Shown here piece by piece: positions 31,361 through 42,325 of a stretch of 64,000 nt of DNA. Numbering within the stretch: position 1 is the stretch's first letter; every line of letters starts with the position of its first letter. The stretch is from NCBI GenBank assembly GCA_965223795.1, contig CBDCXL010000002.1, forward strand, positions 2,080,001 through 2,144,000. Direction: 5' to 3'. The notes beneath the pieces were generated by a model. The model was not told the DNA's origin. It searched no databases and saw nothing but the letters and a program-made list of their open reading frames with translations. Source of the stretch: Nitrospinales bacterium. GTDB taxonomy: Bacteria; Nitrospinota; Nitrospinia; Nitrospinales; VA-1. Made by a program: the position numbers and the translations under genes.

Positions 31361-32332
31361 TTGATGTCAAACCGCCTTTCGCATGCTTTCCTCACTGTTT
31401 GTCTGATCCTGATCTGGACCGTGGCGGTCGTCTCTCCGGCCGGGGCCATGCATGCGGATGAAGCGCACGAAGAGGCGGATCATTCGCACCCCGAGGAGGA
31501 AGCCTCCGAGCCTGCCGAAGAGAAACACGATTTTTCCCTGATGGTGAAGATTGCCTCGGGGACGTTCAAACGGGGTTCCACGTTCGAGCAGACCAAAGAA
31601 TACCTGCAGTGGTGCCGCGAGCACGACAAGGGCTGCGAGTTGTGGTGGTTCAACGACGAGTTTCCCGCCAAGCTGGTTTATCTCGACAGTTACTGGATCG
31701 ACATGTTCGAGGTCACCAACGAGGATTACCTGGAGTTCGTGCAGGCCACGGGGCACCGCCCGGCGCTGGACGATTCCTGCGAAACGAAAAAATGCAGGGA
31801 AGGCAATCTGTGGGACGGTGCGTCGTTTCCCAAGAGCATCCGCAGGCAGCCGGTGACGCAGGTGAGCTGGTTCGATGCGGACGCCTACTGCCGCTGGCGG
31901 GGCAAGCGCCTGCCCAGCGAGGCGGAGTGGGAAAAAGCGGCGCGCGGTCCGAGCGGCAATGTCTATCCCTGGGGTCTGGATTCGCCGAAAGGCCGCGCCA
32001 CCTACCAGCGCAAATGGCGCGGCGTGTTCACGATGACCAATGTGGGCAGCTACCCGAGCGGCGCGTCGATCTACGGTGTGTTCGACCTTGCGGGCAACGT
32101 GTGGGAATGGGTGGACGACTGGTACCACATGAAGTATTACAGCCTGGGCACGAAGAAGAATCCACGCGGTCCCGCCAATGGAGAATACAAAGTGGTGCGC
32201 GGCGGCTCCTGGGTGAATTTCCCCGATACGCTGCGCAGCGCGCTCAGGCGCTGGAGCCGCCCGGAAGTGCGCTTCAACGACACGGGGTTCCGCTGCGCCA
32301 AGGATGCGATCGATGAAACCAAAAAGAAATGA
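31361..32332 (+). CDS. Secreted formylglycine-generating-enzyme (FGE-sulfatase/SUMF1) family protein
   Basis: Signal peptide; EVTN, RLPSEAEWEKAARG, GNVWEW, RGGSW and GFRC motifs. Confidence 0.92.
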   Translation: MMSNRLSHAFLTVCLILIWTVAVVSPAGAMHADEAHEEADHSHPEEEASEPAEEKHDFSLMVKIASGTFKRGSTFEQTKEYLQWCREHDKGCELWWFNDEFPAKLVYLDSYWIDMFEVTNEDYLEFVQATGHRPALDDSCETKKCREGNLWDGASFPKSIRRQPVTQVSWFDADAYCRWRGKRLPSEAEWEKAARGPSGNVYPWGLDSPKGRATYQRKWRGVFTMTNVGSYPSGASIYGVFDLAGNVWEWVDDWYHMKYYSLGTKKNPRGPANGEYKVVRGGSWVNFPDTLRSALRRWSRPEVRFNDTGFRCAKDAIDETKKK

Positions 32333-33968
32333 GGCGCTGACCGACCGCGAACGGGAGATCCTGGCGCCGTACGTGTCGGATGTCTCGGCGAACGTGTTCG
32401 CGCTGAAAAACCTCAATCCGGAGGTGATCGGCGCGGCGCTGGCGCGCTACAGCCGTGCGCCCACGGGGCTTAAGGAAACGGTGGCGCGCGAGTTTCTCAA
32501 TGCGGACGGGACGCCCAACGAGGTCAAGGGCACCGAGCTGATCGACCGCGTGGTGAACAAGTTCGGCGACGAGTCGGTGGCGGAGCTTGCGGTGGCGCCG
32601 CTGTGCATCGAGGAAGTGTCGAACCTGATGACCAAGATCATCGAGGACTGCCGCATCGGCGGCTCGCCCATCGAAGAGTCCACGCGCTACGTTCTGTACG
32701 ATGAAAAAAAGGGCGGGCGGTGGCGCTACGTGCGGCCCCGAAGCGTTCTCGAGTCCGGGCTGAAGGACCCGTTCATCGGGACGATGGATTTTCTGTTCGA
32801 AAGCTACGCCCGTCTGGTCGAGCCGATGCAGGACCTGTTCCGCAGGCGGCTGCCGCAAGAACAGTTCACCATCGAGGTGGAGCGGGACGGTACGATCGCA
32901 ACGCTCACGCCCGACAAGCTGGCGAACGACGGCGAGCGCAAGGCGCACCGCATTGCCTACAGCTTCACCATACGCAGCGCCGCCTGCGACGTCATCCGCT
33001 GCATCCTGCCCGCCTGCACGCAGGCGAATCTGGGGCTGGTGGGCAACGGCCGGTTTTATACCGGGTTGATCTCAAAGCTGCTGACGCAGAACCTGACCGA
33101 AGGACACGATCTGGCGGACGCGATTCGCAACGCGCTCAACACGCAGATCCCCACGTTCATCAAGCGCGCGGCGCCCAACCCCTACCTGGCGGCAAACCAT
33201 CAACGCATGCGGACGCTGTGCGATGCGCTGTTCGCGGACCTGCCGATCGATAAGGCCGATGAGGTGTTGCTGCTCGAGAACGAGGACGCCTTCACCGGCA
33301 TGCTGGCATCGATGGTGTTTCCCTACGTCTCGCATTCGACGCCGCAGATTCGCAAGGTGATCCAGTCGCTGCCCGAGGAAAAGCGGATGGAAATTTTTTC
33401 GGCGTACACGGGCGAGAGGCGCAGCAAGCGCGACCGGCCGGGCCGGGCGCTGGAATACGGCTATCCCATCCAGTTCGACCTCATCGCGGGCTATGCGGAG
33501 TACCGCGACCTGCAGCGCCACCGCATGCTGACCCAGCAGCGGCAGGATCTCGGCATCGCTTTGGGTTATTCGATCCCGGAAGAGATCCGCGAAGTGGGCG
33601 AGGAGGCGCTGGTGCAGGAATGCTTCGAGCGTTCGGAAGCGCTGTACGGCGATCTTGTGCGGGCGGGCCTGCGCGAGGAGGCGCAGTACGCGACGCTGTT
33701 CAATCATTTCATCCGCTGGAACGTGGGAATGAATTTACGAGAGCTGGGCCATTTCACGGAACTGAGATCGCAGAAGGCGGGGCATCCCAAATACCGGCGC
33801 ACGGCGCAGCTCATGGCGCGGATCTACCTCAAGCGGCATCCGGAGATGGGGCCGGTGCTCAAGTTCGTCGATCACAACGACTACGATCAGAGCATCGCCC
33901 GCGCGGAACAGGAAGCCCGCACGGCGCGCAAAAGCCTGGCTGCCGGCGTGTTCGACGATCAGGATTGA
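32313..33968 (+). CDS. thyX: FAD-dependent thymidylate synthase, long two-domain form
   Basis: ARYSR, GDESVAEL, EESTRYV, RDLQRHR and NLREL motifs; 551 aa. Confidence 0.85.
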   Translation: MKPKRNEALTDREREILAPYVSDVSANVFALKNLNPEVIGAALARYSRAPTGLKETVAREFLNADGTPNEVKGTELIDRVVNKFGDESVAELAVAPLCIEEVSNLMTKIIEDCRIGGSPIEESTRYVLYDEKKGGRWRYVRPRSVLESGLKDPFIGTMDFLFESYARLVEPMQDLFRRRLPQEQFTIEVERDGTIATLTPDKLANDGERKAHRIAYSFTIRSAACDVIRCILPACTQANLGLVGNGRFYTGLISKLLTQNLTEGHDLADAIRNALNTQIPTFIKRAAPNPYLAANHQRMRTLCDALFADLPIDKADEVLLLENEDAFTGMLASMVFPYVSHSTPQIRKVIQSLPEEKRMEIFSAYTGERRSKRDRPGRALEYGYPIQFDLIAGYAEYRDLQRHRMLTQQRQDLGIALGYSIPEEIREVGEEALVQECFERSEALYGDLVRAGLREEAQYATLFNHFIRWNVGMNLRELGHFTELRSQKAGHPKYRRTAQLMARIYLKRHPEMGPVLKFVDHNDYDQSIARAEQEARTARKSLAAGVFDDQD

Positions 33969-34011
33969 GAGCGGGAATGTGAAACCGCGATCATGAGGAA
34001 ATAGCAGGGAG

Positions 34012-34042
34012 GAACCCCCGGCCCGGGGAGGCCGAGGGGTTC
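34012..34042. terminator. GC-rich hairpin downstream of thyX
   Basis: GAACCCCCGGCC pairs with GGCCGAGGGGTTC, with one bulge. No clean U-tract on either strand. Confidence 0.45.
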
Positions 34043-34065
34043 GGTGAAGAAAGCGATTGAATTTT

Positions 34066-34113
34066 AGTATATTCCGATTTCCGAATGTGTCAAGTATTTT
34101 TCGGATATCGGAA
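34066..34113 (-). promoter_or_regulatory. Sigma70-like promoter (TTGACA-N16-TATACT) overlapped by two 14-bp operator-like sites
   Basis: -35 at 34088-34093 and -10 at 34066-34071 on the minus strand. TTCCGATTTCCGAA (34072-34085) and TTCGGATATCGGAA (34100-34113) are inverted copies of each other (13/14). Confidence 0.6.
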
Positions 34114-34560
34114 ATTTTTTTGCCTGGATCGGGAACCCTTTAATTTAAATCATTGATTGCGGGTTCCCGGCCGGGTTCGGTTCGTCATGCCTAAGAAACG
34201 GGGTTCGTTGATTTATTTCGGGGGCCGGTTCGTGATATGGCCTTGTGCCCGGTTTGGCTTCTGATTGCGAAACGCGGGGAGGACCTTGCGATTGGATCGA
34301 CTGCAGGGTCGATTCATTCCGCAGACTGAAACTGGATCGTGAAATGCATGACGTCGCGGCGCGGATTTTTTAAAAGAATGACGGCGGCTTGAATCGTTAA
34401 AAAAAAAGTTTTGTAAATAGTTTAAAACAACATTTTATGTTATGGTATGCGCTTCGGATTTTCAGTGCAGCGGCGTTGCCGTGGAAAATTTCATTTTGGA
34501 TCCAGATCCGCGATGCCTTTGCGACGGATCTGGATAGATTTTTAATGAGGGAACGATACG

Positions 34561-36117
34561 ATGAAAATTGGGGTGCCCAAAGAAGTTCATGCTGGTGAAA
34601 AACGCGTGGCGACCACCCCCGATGTCGCAAAACAGCTCATCAAGTTGGGTTTTGAAGTCGCTGTTGAGTCGGGCGCGGGTTCCAGCGCCAGCTATTCGGA
34701 TGCTTCTTTTGAAGAAGCGGGTGTGACGGTCGTCAACGATACCAGGCAGATCTGGAATGACAGCGACATCATTTTAAAAGTACGTGGCCCGGAACGGAAC
34801 CCGAATCTGAATGTGGATGAGGTGGATCTGCTCAAAGAGGGTCAAATCCTGATTTCGTTCCTCTGGCCGGCGCAAAATCCCGAACTGCTGAAAACACTGG
34901 CCGCAAAAAAAGTCACGGCCCTGGCCATGGACATGGTGCCGCGTATTTCCCGTGCGCAAAAGATGGACGCACTCAGCTCCATGGCGAACATCGCCGGATA
35001 CCGGGCCGTCGTGGAAGCCGCGCAGCATTTCGGCCGGTTCTTCACCGGGCAGATCACGGCGGCGGGAAAGGTTCCTCCGGCAAAAGTCATGGTCATCGGC
35101 GCGGGCGTTGCCGGTCTGGCCGCCATCGGCGCCGCAAAGAGCATGGGCGCCATCGTGCGGGCGTTCGACACGCGGCCGGAAGTGAAAGAGCAGGTCGAGA
35201 GCATGGACGCGGAGTTTCTGGAACTCGATTTTGAAGAAGAGGGTTCCGGTACCGGCGGGTACGCAAAAGTGATGAGTAAAGAATTCATCGAAGCGGAAAT
35301 GGCCCTGTTCGCGGAGCAGGCCAAGGAAGTGGATATCATCATCACCACCGCGTTGATTCCCGGCAAACCGGCTCCGGAACTGATCCTGGAAGACATGGTG
35401 AAATCCATGAAAGACGGCAGCGTGATCGTGGACCTCGCCGCGGAGCAGGGGGGCAACTGCAAGCTGACGGAAGCGGGGAAAGTGATCCAGGTTCATGGCG
35501 TTTCCATCATCGGCTACACCGACCTGCCGAGCCGTCTGGCGGCGACGTCGAGCCAGCTGTACGCGACCAATCTGCGCCACCTGCTCACGGACATGTGTCC
35601 GGAAAAGGACGGCAACGTCAAAGTGGATTTTGAAGATGAAGTGGTGCGGGGAGCGACGGCTGTCAAGGAGGGAGAGATCACCTTCCCGCCGCCTGCGCCC
35701 AAACTTTCAGCGGCGGCACCGGCGAAACCGGCGGAACCCGCCAGGCCGCCTGAAGAACCCAAGGAAGAAAAACCTTCCTGGGTGGGGCCGGTCGTCACGT
35801 TTGTGCTCGGGGCTTTGACCCTGCTGGGCGTCGGTTCGGTGGCGCCCGCATCCTTCATGGCCCATTTTACGGTTTTCGTTCTGGCTTGCTTTGTCGGCTA
35901 CATGGTCATCTGGAACGTGACGCCGGCGCTGCACACGCCGTTGATGAGTGTGACCAACGCCATCAGCAGCATCATCATCGTGGGCGCAATCATACAGATC
36001 AGTTCAGGAGAGACACTTCTTATGGCGGTGGCGGCATTCGCATGTCTGATCACCGCAGTCAATATCGTGGGCGGGTTTGCGGTGACACGCCGCATGCTTG
36101 ACATGTTTCGCAAGTAG
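34561..36117 (+). CDS. pntA: NAD(P) transhydrogenase subunit alpha
   Basis: [25 protein letters not shown] and [13 protein letters not shown] motifs. Confidence 0.97.
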   Translation: MKIGVPKEVHAGEKRVATTPDVAKQLIKLGFEVAVESGAGSSASYSDASFEEAGVTVVNDTRQIWNDSDIILKVRGPERNPNLNVDEVDLLKEGQILISFLWPAQNPELLKTLAAKKVTALAMDMVPRISRAQKMDALSSMANIAGYRAVVEAAQHFGRFFTGQITAAGKVPPAKVMVIGAGVAGLAAIGAAKSMGAIVRAFDTRPEVKEQVESMDAEFLELDFEEEGSGTGGYAKVMSKEFIEAEMALFAEQAKEVDIIITTALIPGKPAPELILEDMVKSMKDGSVIVDLAAEQGGNCKLTEAGKVIQVHGVSIIGYTDLPSRLAATSSQLYATNLRHLLTDMCPEKDGNVKVDFEDEVVRGATAVKEGEITFPPPAPKLSAAAPAKPAEPARPPEEPKEEKPSWVGPVVTFVLGALTLLGVGSVAPASFMAHFTVFVLACFVGYMVIWNVTPALHTPLMSVTNAISSIIIVGAIIQISSGETLLMAVAAFACLITAVNIVGGFAVTRRMLDMFRK

Positions 36118-36128
36118 GAGGCGATTCG

Positions 36129-37517
36129 ATGAGCGCAGGTATAGTGACCGCCTCTTATATCGGGGCGACCATTCTTTTCATTCTTGCATTGGGCGGATTG
36201 AGCCATCCGGAGTCTTCCCGGCGCGGCAACCTGTATGGCATTCTGGGCATGACCCTCGCCCTCATCGCCACCATCTCCGGGGTCACGGCCAATCTGCCGG
36301 TTCTGATCGCTTCCCTGGTGATCGGCGGCGCTATCGGTCTGGTGCTGGCGCGCCGCGTGCAGATGACGGAGATGCCCGAACTGGTGGCCATTCTGCACAG
36401 CCTGGTGGGACTGGCGGCGGTTCTGGTCGGTTTCGCCAATTTCATGGACCCCGATGTGCATTTCACCGGGACGGAACTCACCATTCACGATATCGAAACC
36501 TATCTGGGCATTCTCATCGGGGCGGTCACGTTTTCCGGGTCCGTCATCGCGTTCGGGAAACTCAGCGGAAAGATCACCGGGAATCCCATTCTGCTGCCGG
36601 CGCGGCACTGGCTCAACCTGGGTCTGCTTTTGGGTTCCATCTACCTTTGCAAGCTGTTTGTCGAGCAGTCCGCCGCGGGCGGCGGCATGATGCCGCTTTT
36701 GATCATGACCGTCATCGCCCTGCTGTTCGGGGTTCATATGGTCATGGCGATCGGCGGGGCGGACATGCCGGTGGTGGTGTCCATGCTCAACAGCTATTCC
36801 GGCTGGGCGGCTTCCGCGACGGGTTTCATGCTCAACAACGACCTGCTCATCGTGACAGGCGCCCTGGTCGGCAGCAGCGGCGCCATCCTCAGTTACATCA
36901 TGTGCCGCGCCATGAACCGCAAGTTCCTGGCGGTGATCGCCGGTGGTTTCGGCACCACCACGGGCGGCGGCGCCGCTTCGGCGGAAGAGCAGGGTGAGGT
37001 GGTGGCGCTGCAAGCCAATGAGGTTGGAAGCTTGTTGGCGGAATCGAAGGAAATCATCATCATTCCGGGTTACGGCATGGCCGTCGCCCAGGCCCAGCAC
37101 ATCGTGTGCGAAATCACCAAAGCGCTGCGCGCCAAGAAAGTCAACGTGCGGTTCGCCATTCATCCCGTCGCCGGACGCATGCCGGGACACATGAACGTGT
37201 TGCTGGCGGAAGCCAAGGTTCCCTACGACATCGTTTTTGAAATGGATGAAATCAATGAAGACTTTCCGAACACGGATGTTGCGATCGTCATCGGCGCGAA
37301 CGACATCGTCAATCCCTCGGCGCAGACGGACCCGAACAGTCCCATAGCGGGCATGCCGGTGCTGGAATGCTGGAAGGCCAAGACCACCGTTGTACTGAAA
37401 CGCAGCATGGCGACCGGCTACGCGGGCGTGCAGAACCCGCTGTTCTTCAAGGAGAACACCCGCATGCTGTTCGGCGATGCCCACTCCAGTCTGGACGAGG
37501 TGTTCAAGAACCTCTGA
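36129..37517 (+). CDS. pntB: NAD(P) transhydrogenase subunit beta
   Basis: [15 protein letters not shown] and [18 protein letters not shown] motifs. Confidence 0.97.
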   Translation: MSAGIVTASYIGATILFILALGGLSHPESSRRGNLYGILGMTLALIATISGVTANLPVLIASLVIGGAIGLVLARRVQMTEMPELVAILHSLVGLAAVLVGFANFMDPDVHFTGTELTIHDIETYLGILIGAVTFSGSVIAFGKLSGKITGNPILLPARHWLNLGLLLGSIYLCKLFVEQSAAGGGMMPLLIMTVIALLFGVHMVMAIGGADMPVVVSMLNSYSGWAASATGFMLNNDLLIVTGALVGSSGAILSYIMCRAMNRKFLAVIAGGFGTTTGGGAASAEEQGEVVALQANEVGSLLAESKEIIIIPGYGMAVAQAQHIVCEITKALRAKKVNVRFAIHPVAGRMPGHMNVLLAEAKVPYDIVFEMDEINEDFPNTDVAIVIGANDIVNPSAQTDPNSPIAGMPVLECWKAKTTVVLKRSMATGYAGVQNPLFFKENTRMLFGDAHSSLDEVFKNL

Positions 37518-37647
37518 CGCCCGGTTTCCCGTTCAAGCAAAGCCGCTCTCGGTTCGCGGTGTGTGCGCTGATCCTCCCCGTTCTCAATGGACAACACCTC
37601 TCCGGTGTTTGGCGGCGTCAGGATCGCGAGTGAGAACAAGAGGTCGT

Positions 37648-38505
37648 TCAGGGAAGGCTGAACACCAGATTGCCCTTAAAAGAGGGCACCAGCACCCGGT
37701 TGCGCCTGAAATCGAAGGACAACTGCGCCGGGGTCACCACGTTTTTTCGCAACACTTCCACCTCTGAATAATTTTTGATCCGGTAGACGACGCCGGCTTT
37801 GAAATCGGCGACGATCAGGTTTCCCGCCTTATCGAAAGCGATGCCCTGCGGGTTTTCAAACTGCTTGTTGAGCAGCGGAAACAGCGTGCCCTTGCCGTCG
37901 ACGCTCAGTATCCGGCCCGACTGTGCGCCGGCGACCAGCAGCCGTTTGTGGCGGGCATCGTGCAGCAGGCCGCTGGGGTTTCCCAGGCGGGGGTCCTTGG
38001 CGAACACGGTGGCCAGGAAGTTGTTCTGCGGCTCCACGCGGAAAATCGTGTTCGACAGCGTGTCGGCGGCATAGAGTCTCCCCTCCGTATCGAAGGCGAG
38101 CCCGTTGAGCTGCCGGGCCCCGATCAGGGACAGGTCGATGCTCCCCAGCAGATTGCCCTTTTTCTTGTCGAAGCGGCGCAAAGTGTCGATGTCGGCGACG
38201 TACAGGTAGGGGCCGTGGATGGCCAGGCCGCGGGGCGCGTTCAGCACCGCGCCGTCCTGGCCCGAGCGGATGAACTGCTCCTGCAACGGTTTTCCCGAAG
38301 GATCGAGGACGGCAATGAAGCCGTGGTTGTCTTTTTGCTGCGCAGTGCCTACGATGTTGGAGACGTAATACAATCCCGTCTCTGGATCGGTGATGACGCT
38401 GTGCGGCGCGTTCATGCCGCCGGCGCGCAGGGAATCTGCGGCCGCGGCGAGGGTGAGGGCCGCTGCCAGGAGCAGGCACAGCAGGTTCAAGCGTTTCCGT
38501 TTCAT
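37648..38505 (-). CDS. Secreted beta-propeller protein (SMP-30/gluconolactonase/NHL-like)
   Basis: Signal peptide; repeated blades P.GLA...LYVAD, NGLAFD..G.LY and PQGIAFD. Confidence 0.8.
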   Translation of the reverse strand: MKRKRLNLLCLLLAAALTLAAAADSLRAGGMNAPHSVITDPETGLYYVSNIVGTAQQKDNHGFIAVLDPSGKPLQEQFIRSGQDGAVLNAPRGLAIHGPYLYVADIDTLRRFDKKKGNLLGSIDLSLIGARQLNGLAFDTEGRLYAADTLSNTIFRVEPQNNFLATVFAKDPRLGNPSGLLHDARHKRLLVAGAQSGRILSVDGKGTLFPLLNKQFENPQGIAFDKAGNLIVADFKAGVVYRIKNYSEVEVLRKNVVTPAQLSFDFRRNRVLVPSFKGNLVFSLP

Positions 38506-38634
38506 TGCAAAATGTTTTGACTTTGAAAGACACATTTTTTTCAAGACGACAAAGCGAGCTTAACACATTGCGGCGCGGCTTATGAATTGCGCTTTGAATA
38601 ACAGGATTGAAAGTCCACTTCCCGGTGAGCGGCC

Positions 38635-38943
38635 ATGAAAAAAAACAGGGACCTGATGTTCGGCATCGTGCTTCTGGGATTGACCGGCGTCCTGATCGGC
38701 GTGGTCACCCACAGCATGTGGCTCAGTCTGGTCGCGGGCTTGCTGGGCGTCGTGGTGGGCGGCTTTCTCGGTTGGCTGGGCGGGCGGCGCTACCTCATCA
38801 CCGTGTGCGTGGGCATCCTGATCGGCGCGTATTTCGGCTACAAAAGCGACGATAAGGACATCCTGATCATCGCGGCGGGCTCCGGCGGCGCCATCGGCGG
38901 CTTCATCGGCGCGCAGCTGGAGCTGTTCATGAAGCGGCGGTGA
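38635..38943 (+). CDS. Small Gly-rich membrane protein
   Basis: Four hydrophobic segments with GxxxG patterns. Confidence 0.7.
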   Translation: MKKNRDLMFGIVLLGLTGVLIGVVTHSMWLSLVAGLLGVVVGGFLGWLGGRRYLITVCVGILIGAYFGYKSDDKDILIIAAGSGGAIGGFIGAQLELFMKRR

Positions 38944-38956
38944 GATTGCGGTTGAA

Positions 38957-39499
38957 TCACGGAAAACCCAGTAAAAAGGCGCGGGCCGTGACGATCGCAA
39001 AAGAGACGAACAGAAAACCGGCCATGGGCGCAAACTTTGGCAGCTTGTGCACTTGTTCGCTCATCGTGAATAAAAGGAAATGCGACCAGGAAAAAAGGAT
39101 CAAGCCATAAATCACCGGAATGAGGACGAACAGCGTCACCACCGGAAGAATCGCCGTGCCGTAGGCCGCACAGCGGTGCGCGGTTTCATAGGATTCTTTC
39201 GATCGCATGAGTTTCCAGATTAGATACAGCATTCCGGAAAAGACAAACGAACCGGCCAGGGGAAGCAGCGCCGCAGACAGCCATAACAGCAGATTGTTCT
39301 GCACCTGAAGATTCACCCAAGCCAACTCCAGAGAGCCCAACCGGAACGCCCCGGCTGCGAACTCCAGAATATAAACCAATACAAACATGACCGCCAAAAA
39401 TAGCAGGGGGTCGGCATAGCCTCCCTTTTTGGGCATGTCCCGGTAGAAGTTCACGGGATGGAGAATGACTTGAATGGCATTGCGGAATAGTTTTTTCAT
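38957..39499 (-). CDS. Yip1-domain membrane protein
   Basis: VILHPVNFY...GG..PL N-terminus, five transmembrane segments, and YE...AY. Confidence 0.7.
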   Translation of the reverse strand: MKKLFRNAIQVILHPVNFYRDMPKKGGYADPLLFLAVMFVLVYILEFAAGAFRLGSLELAWVNLQVQNNLLLWLSAALLPLAGSFVFSGMLYLIWKLMRSKESYETAHRCAAYGTAILPVVTLFVLIPVIYGLILFSWSHFLLFTMSEQVHKLPKFAPMAGFLFVSFAIVTARAFLLGFP

Positions 39500-39635
39500 G
39501 AATGTATGGGTGAGAATCGGAAAGTAAGAGCGGGTTGGCGATGAACCCGTCAAGCAAGGAGATGGGCAGCGCCATCGGCGCGCATGACGAGCGTGTCCTG
39601 CAGCAGAGGTTAAATTTAACGATTCAATCTGAGCG

Positions 39636-40146
39636 TCACGAACCCGATGATTTCGAATTTTTGTAGTGATCAAAGGCTTCATAAAATTCGCCGTTGGGTT
39701 TGTCCGCGAAGCCATCATCGGCCTGAAATAAAACAGCGGCCGGGGCCATTTGCATGATTCGGTAGAAAAACTCGAAAAGCGCGTTCACTTCCTTCTTGCC
39801 CCACTGTTTCCCCATGCGATAGTCGAAAGCGATTCTTTGAGGCTCCACGAACACTCCCAGTTGCGGAATTTCCACATCTTCGATCACCAGTTTATCCAGA
39901 CAAATGTGAAAAATGCTCAACTTCCCGTCGACAAATTTCTGTGCCGGATTGTCCACGTCCTCATAGGGCAGGTTGTCCTCTGCATCGTGACTCCATAATT
40001 CCATGCTTTCGATATTTTGAATTCCTCCGATCGAGACCACCCAATTGTAGACGGTGACCACTTCACCATCGGTCAGGTTGTCGACAAAGATATCCGGCAA
40101 AGATCCATCGTCATTTTCAAATAAATGGCGGACTTGCTCGAATAGT

Positions 40147-40154
<8 letters not shown>
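39636..40154 (-). CDS. Acidic hypothetical protein (172 aa)
   Basis: Clean ORF overlapping the msrP stop by 8 nt; visibly more AT-rich than its flanks. Confidence 0.75.
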
Positions 40155-41109
<955 letters not shown>

Positions 41110-41121
41110 GGCGTTGTCCCC

Positions 41122-41439
41122 TCAGCCCACCCAGTCGTCGATGCACTTGAGATAGGCGGGCAGGCCTTCCAGGATGGGCAATGCGATGACCTCCGGAACG
41201 TCGTAGCTGTGGTGTTTCTGTACCCAGTCCTTGAGCGCGTCGAGCTTTTCGGCGCGGGTTTTTACGATCAGCAGGAATTCCGCGTCCTCGCAGATCTTGC
41301 CGTCCCAGAAGTAGGTGGAGGTGATGCCGGGCAGCGTGTTGACGCAGTAGGCGAGTTTTTCCTCCACCAGACCGCGGCTGAGCTTCTGCGACTCTTCGGC
41401 CGATCCTGCGGTGATCATGACGACGCGGTGCGGATTCAT
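41122..41439 (-). CDS. cutA: Divalent-cation tolerance protein CutA
   Basis: LAYCVN, S.YFWDG and HSYDVPEVI motifs. Confidence 0.92.
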   Translation of the reverse strand: MNPHRVVMITAGSAEESQKLSRGLVEEKLAYCVNTLPGITSTYFWDGKICEDAEFLLIVKTRAEKLDALKDWVQKHHSYDVPEVIALPILEGLPAYLKCIDDWVG

Positions 41440-41473
41440 CAACGGTTCCCGGTTGCGTGAACGGTCGGATTCA

Positions 41474-42061
41474 TCATAGCACGAACTTGAGCAGATAAAA
41501 TCCCAGCACAAGCAGGACGAAAAAAACGATGGTGAACAGGTTGAAATATTTTTCGATGAGCGCTTTGATCGGCGGGCCGAATTTATAGACCAGATACGAC
41601 ACGAGGAAGAAACGCAGCGAACGGCCCAGCGTCGAGGCGATGACGAAGACGAGGAAATTGATCTCGAACGCGCCGGCGGCAAGGGTGAAGATCTTGTAGG
41701 GCAGCGGCGTGAACCCGGCGGCGGCGACGGCCCAGCCCTGGTACTCGTTGTACAGGTGGCCGATCTTTTCGAACTGCGGCTGAAGGTGGTAAAACTCGAC
41801 GATGCGGTTTCCCACAATGTCCATGAACTGCCAGCCCAGAAGGTAGCCGAACATGCCGCCCAGCACGGAGGCCGCGGAACACAGAAAGGCGTAGCGCAGC
41901 CAGAGCGCGGGCAGGGCGATGACCATGGCGATGAGCAGGACATCGGGCGGAACGGGAAAGAAGGACGATTCCACGAACGAGATGATGACGAGCGCGGGCA
42001 CGGCGTAGGGAGTGGCCGACCAGTGGAGGACCCAGTCGTAGAGGGAGCGCAGCCATTTCAT
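41474..42061 (-). CDS. YqaA/DedA-family membrane protein
   Basis: SFVESSFFPVPPD, TPLPYK and GRSLRF motifs. Confidence 0.9.
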   Translation of the reverse strand: MKWLRSLYDWVLHWSATPYAVPALVIISFVESSFFPVPPDVLLIAMVIALPALWLRYAFLCSAASVLGGMFGYLLGWQFMDIVGNRIVEFYHLQPQFEKIGHLYNEYQGWAVAAAGFTPLPYKIFTLAAGAFEINFLVFVIASTLGRSLRFFLVSYLVYKFGPPIKALIEKYFNLFTIVFFVLLVLGFYLLKFVL

Positions 42062-42104
42062 CGGCGCGGGTCCTGAAGCGGGGGCATCGGGGAGCGGTGC
42101 GGCA

Positions 42105-42242
42105 TCAATCCTGTTCCTGCTTCTGGTTGGCGGCGTCTTCCGTGCTCTCCTGCGTGGTTTTCCCCGCGTTTCCGCCCTCGCACCCGGAAGCCGCAAACAG
42201 GCCCAGGACCACCAGTATCAGGAACGCTTTTTTCAAATCCAT
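42105..42242 (-). CDS. Small lipoprotein (45 aa), below the ORF-track cutoff
   Basis: Manual translation MDLKKAFLILVVLGLFAASGCEGGNAGKTTQESTEDAANQKQEQD; lipobox-like ASG-C; AAGGAGG ribosome-binding site upstream. Confidence 0.8.
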   Translation of the reverse strand: MDLKKAFLILVVLGLFAASGCEGGNAGKTTQESTEDAANQKQEQD

Positions 42243-42325
42243 CAGGGCTGCCTCCTTTCTCCTTGTTTGCAGAGCGCTGTTTGGGGAACGCTGCCCGCGC
42301 CGGCGGATTCTCGGGCAGAGGCGTT

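Noticed and set aside
34411..34428. Possible Rex operator upstream of pntAB (TTGTAAATAGTTTAAAAC)
   Set aside because: Only the left half resembles TTGTGAA-N4-TTCACAA. The right half is poor and the region is AT-rich.
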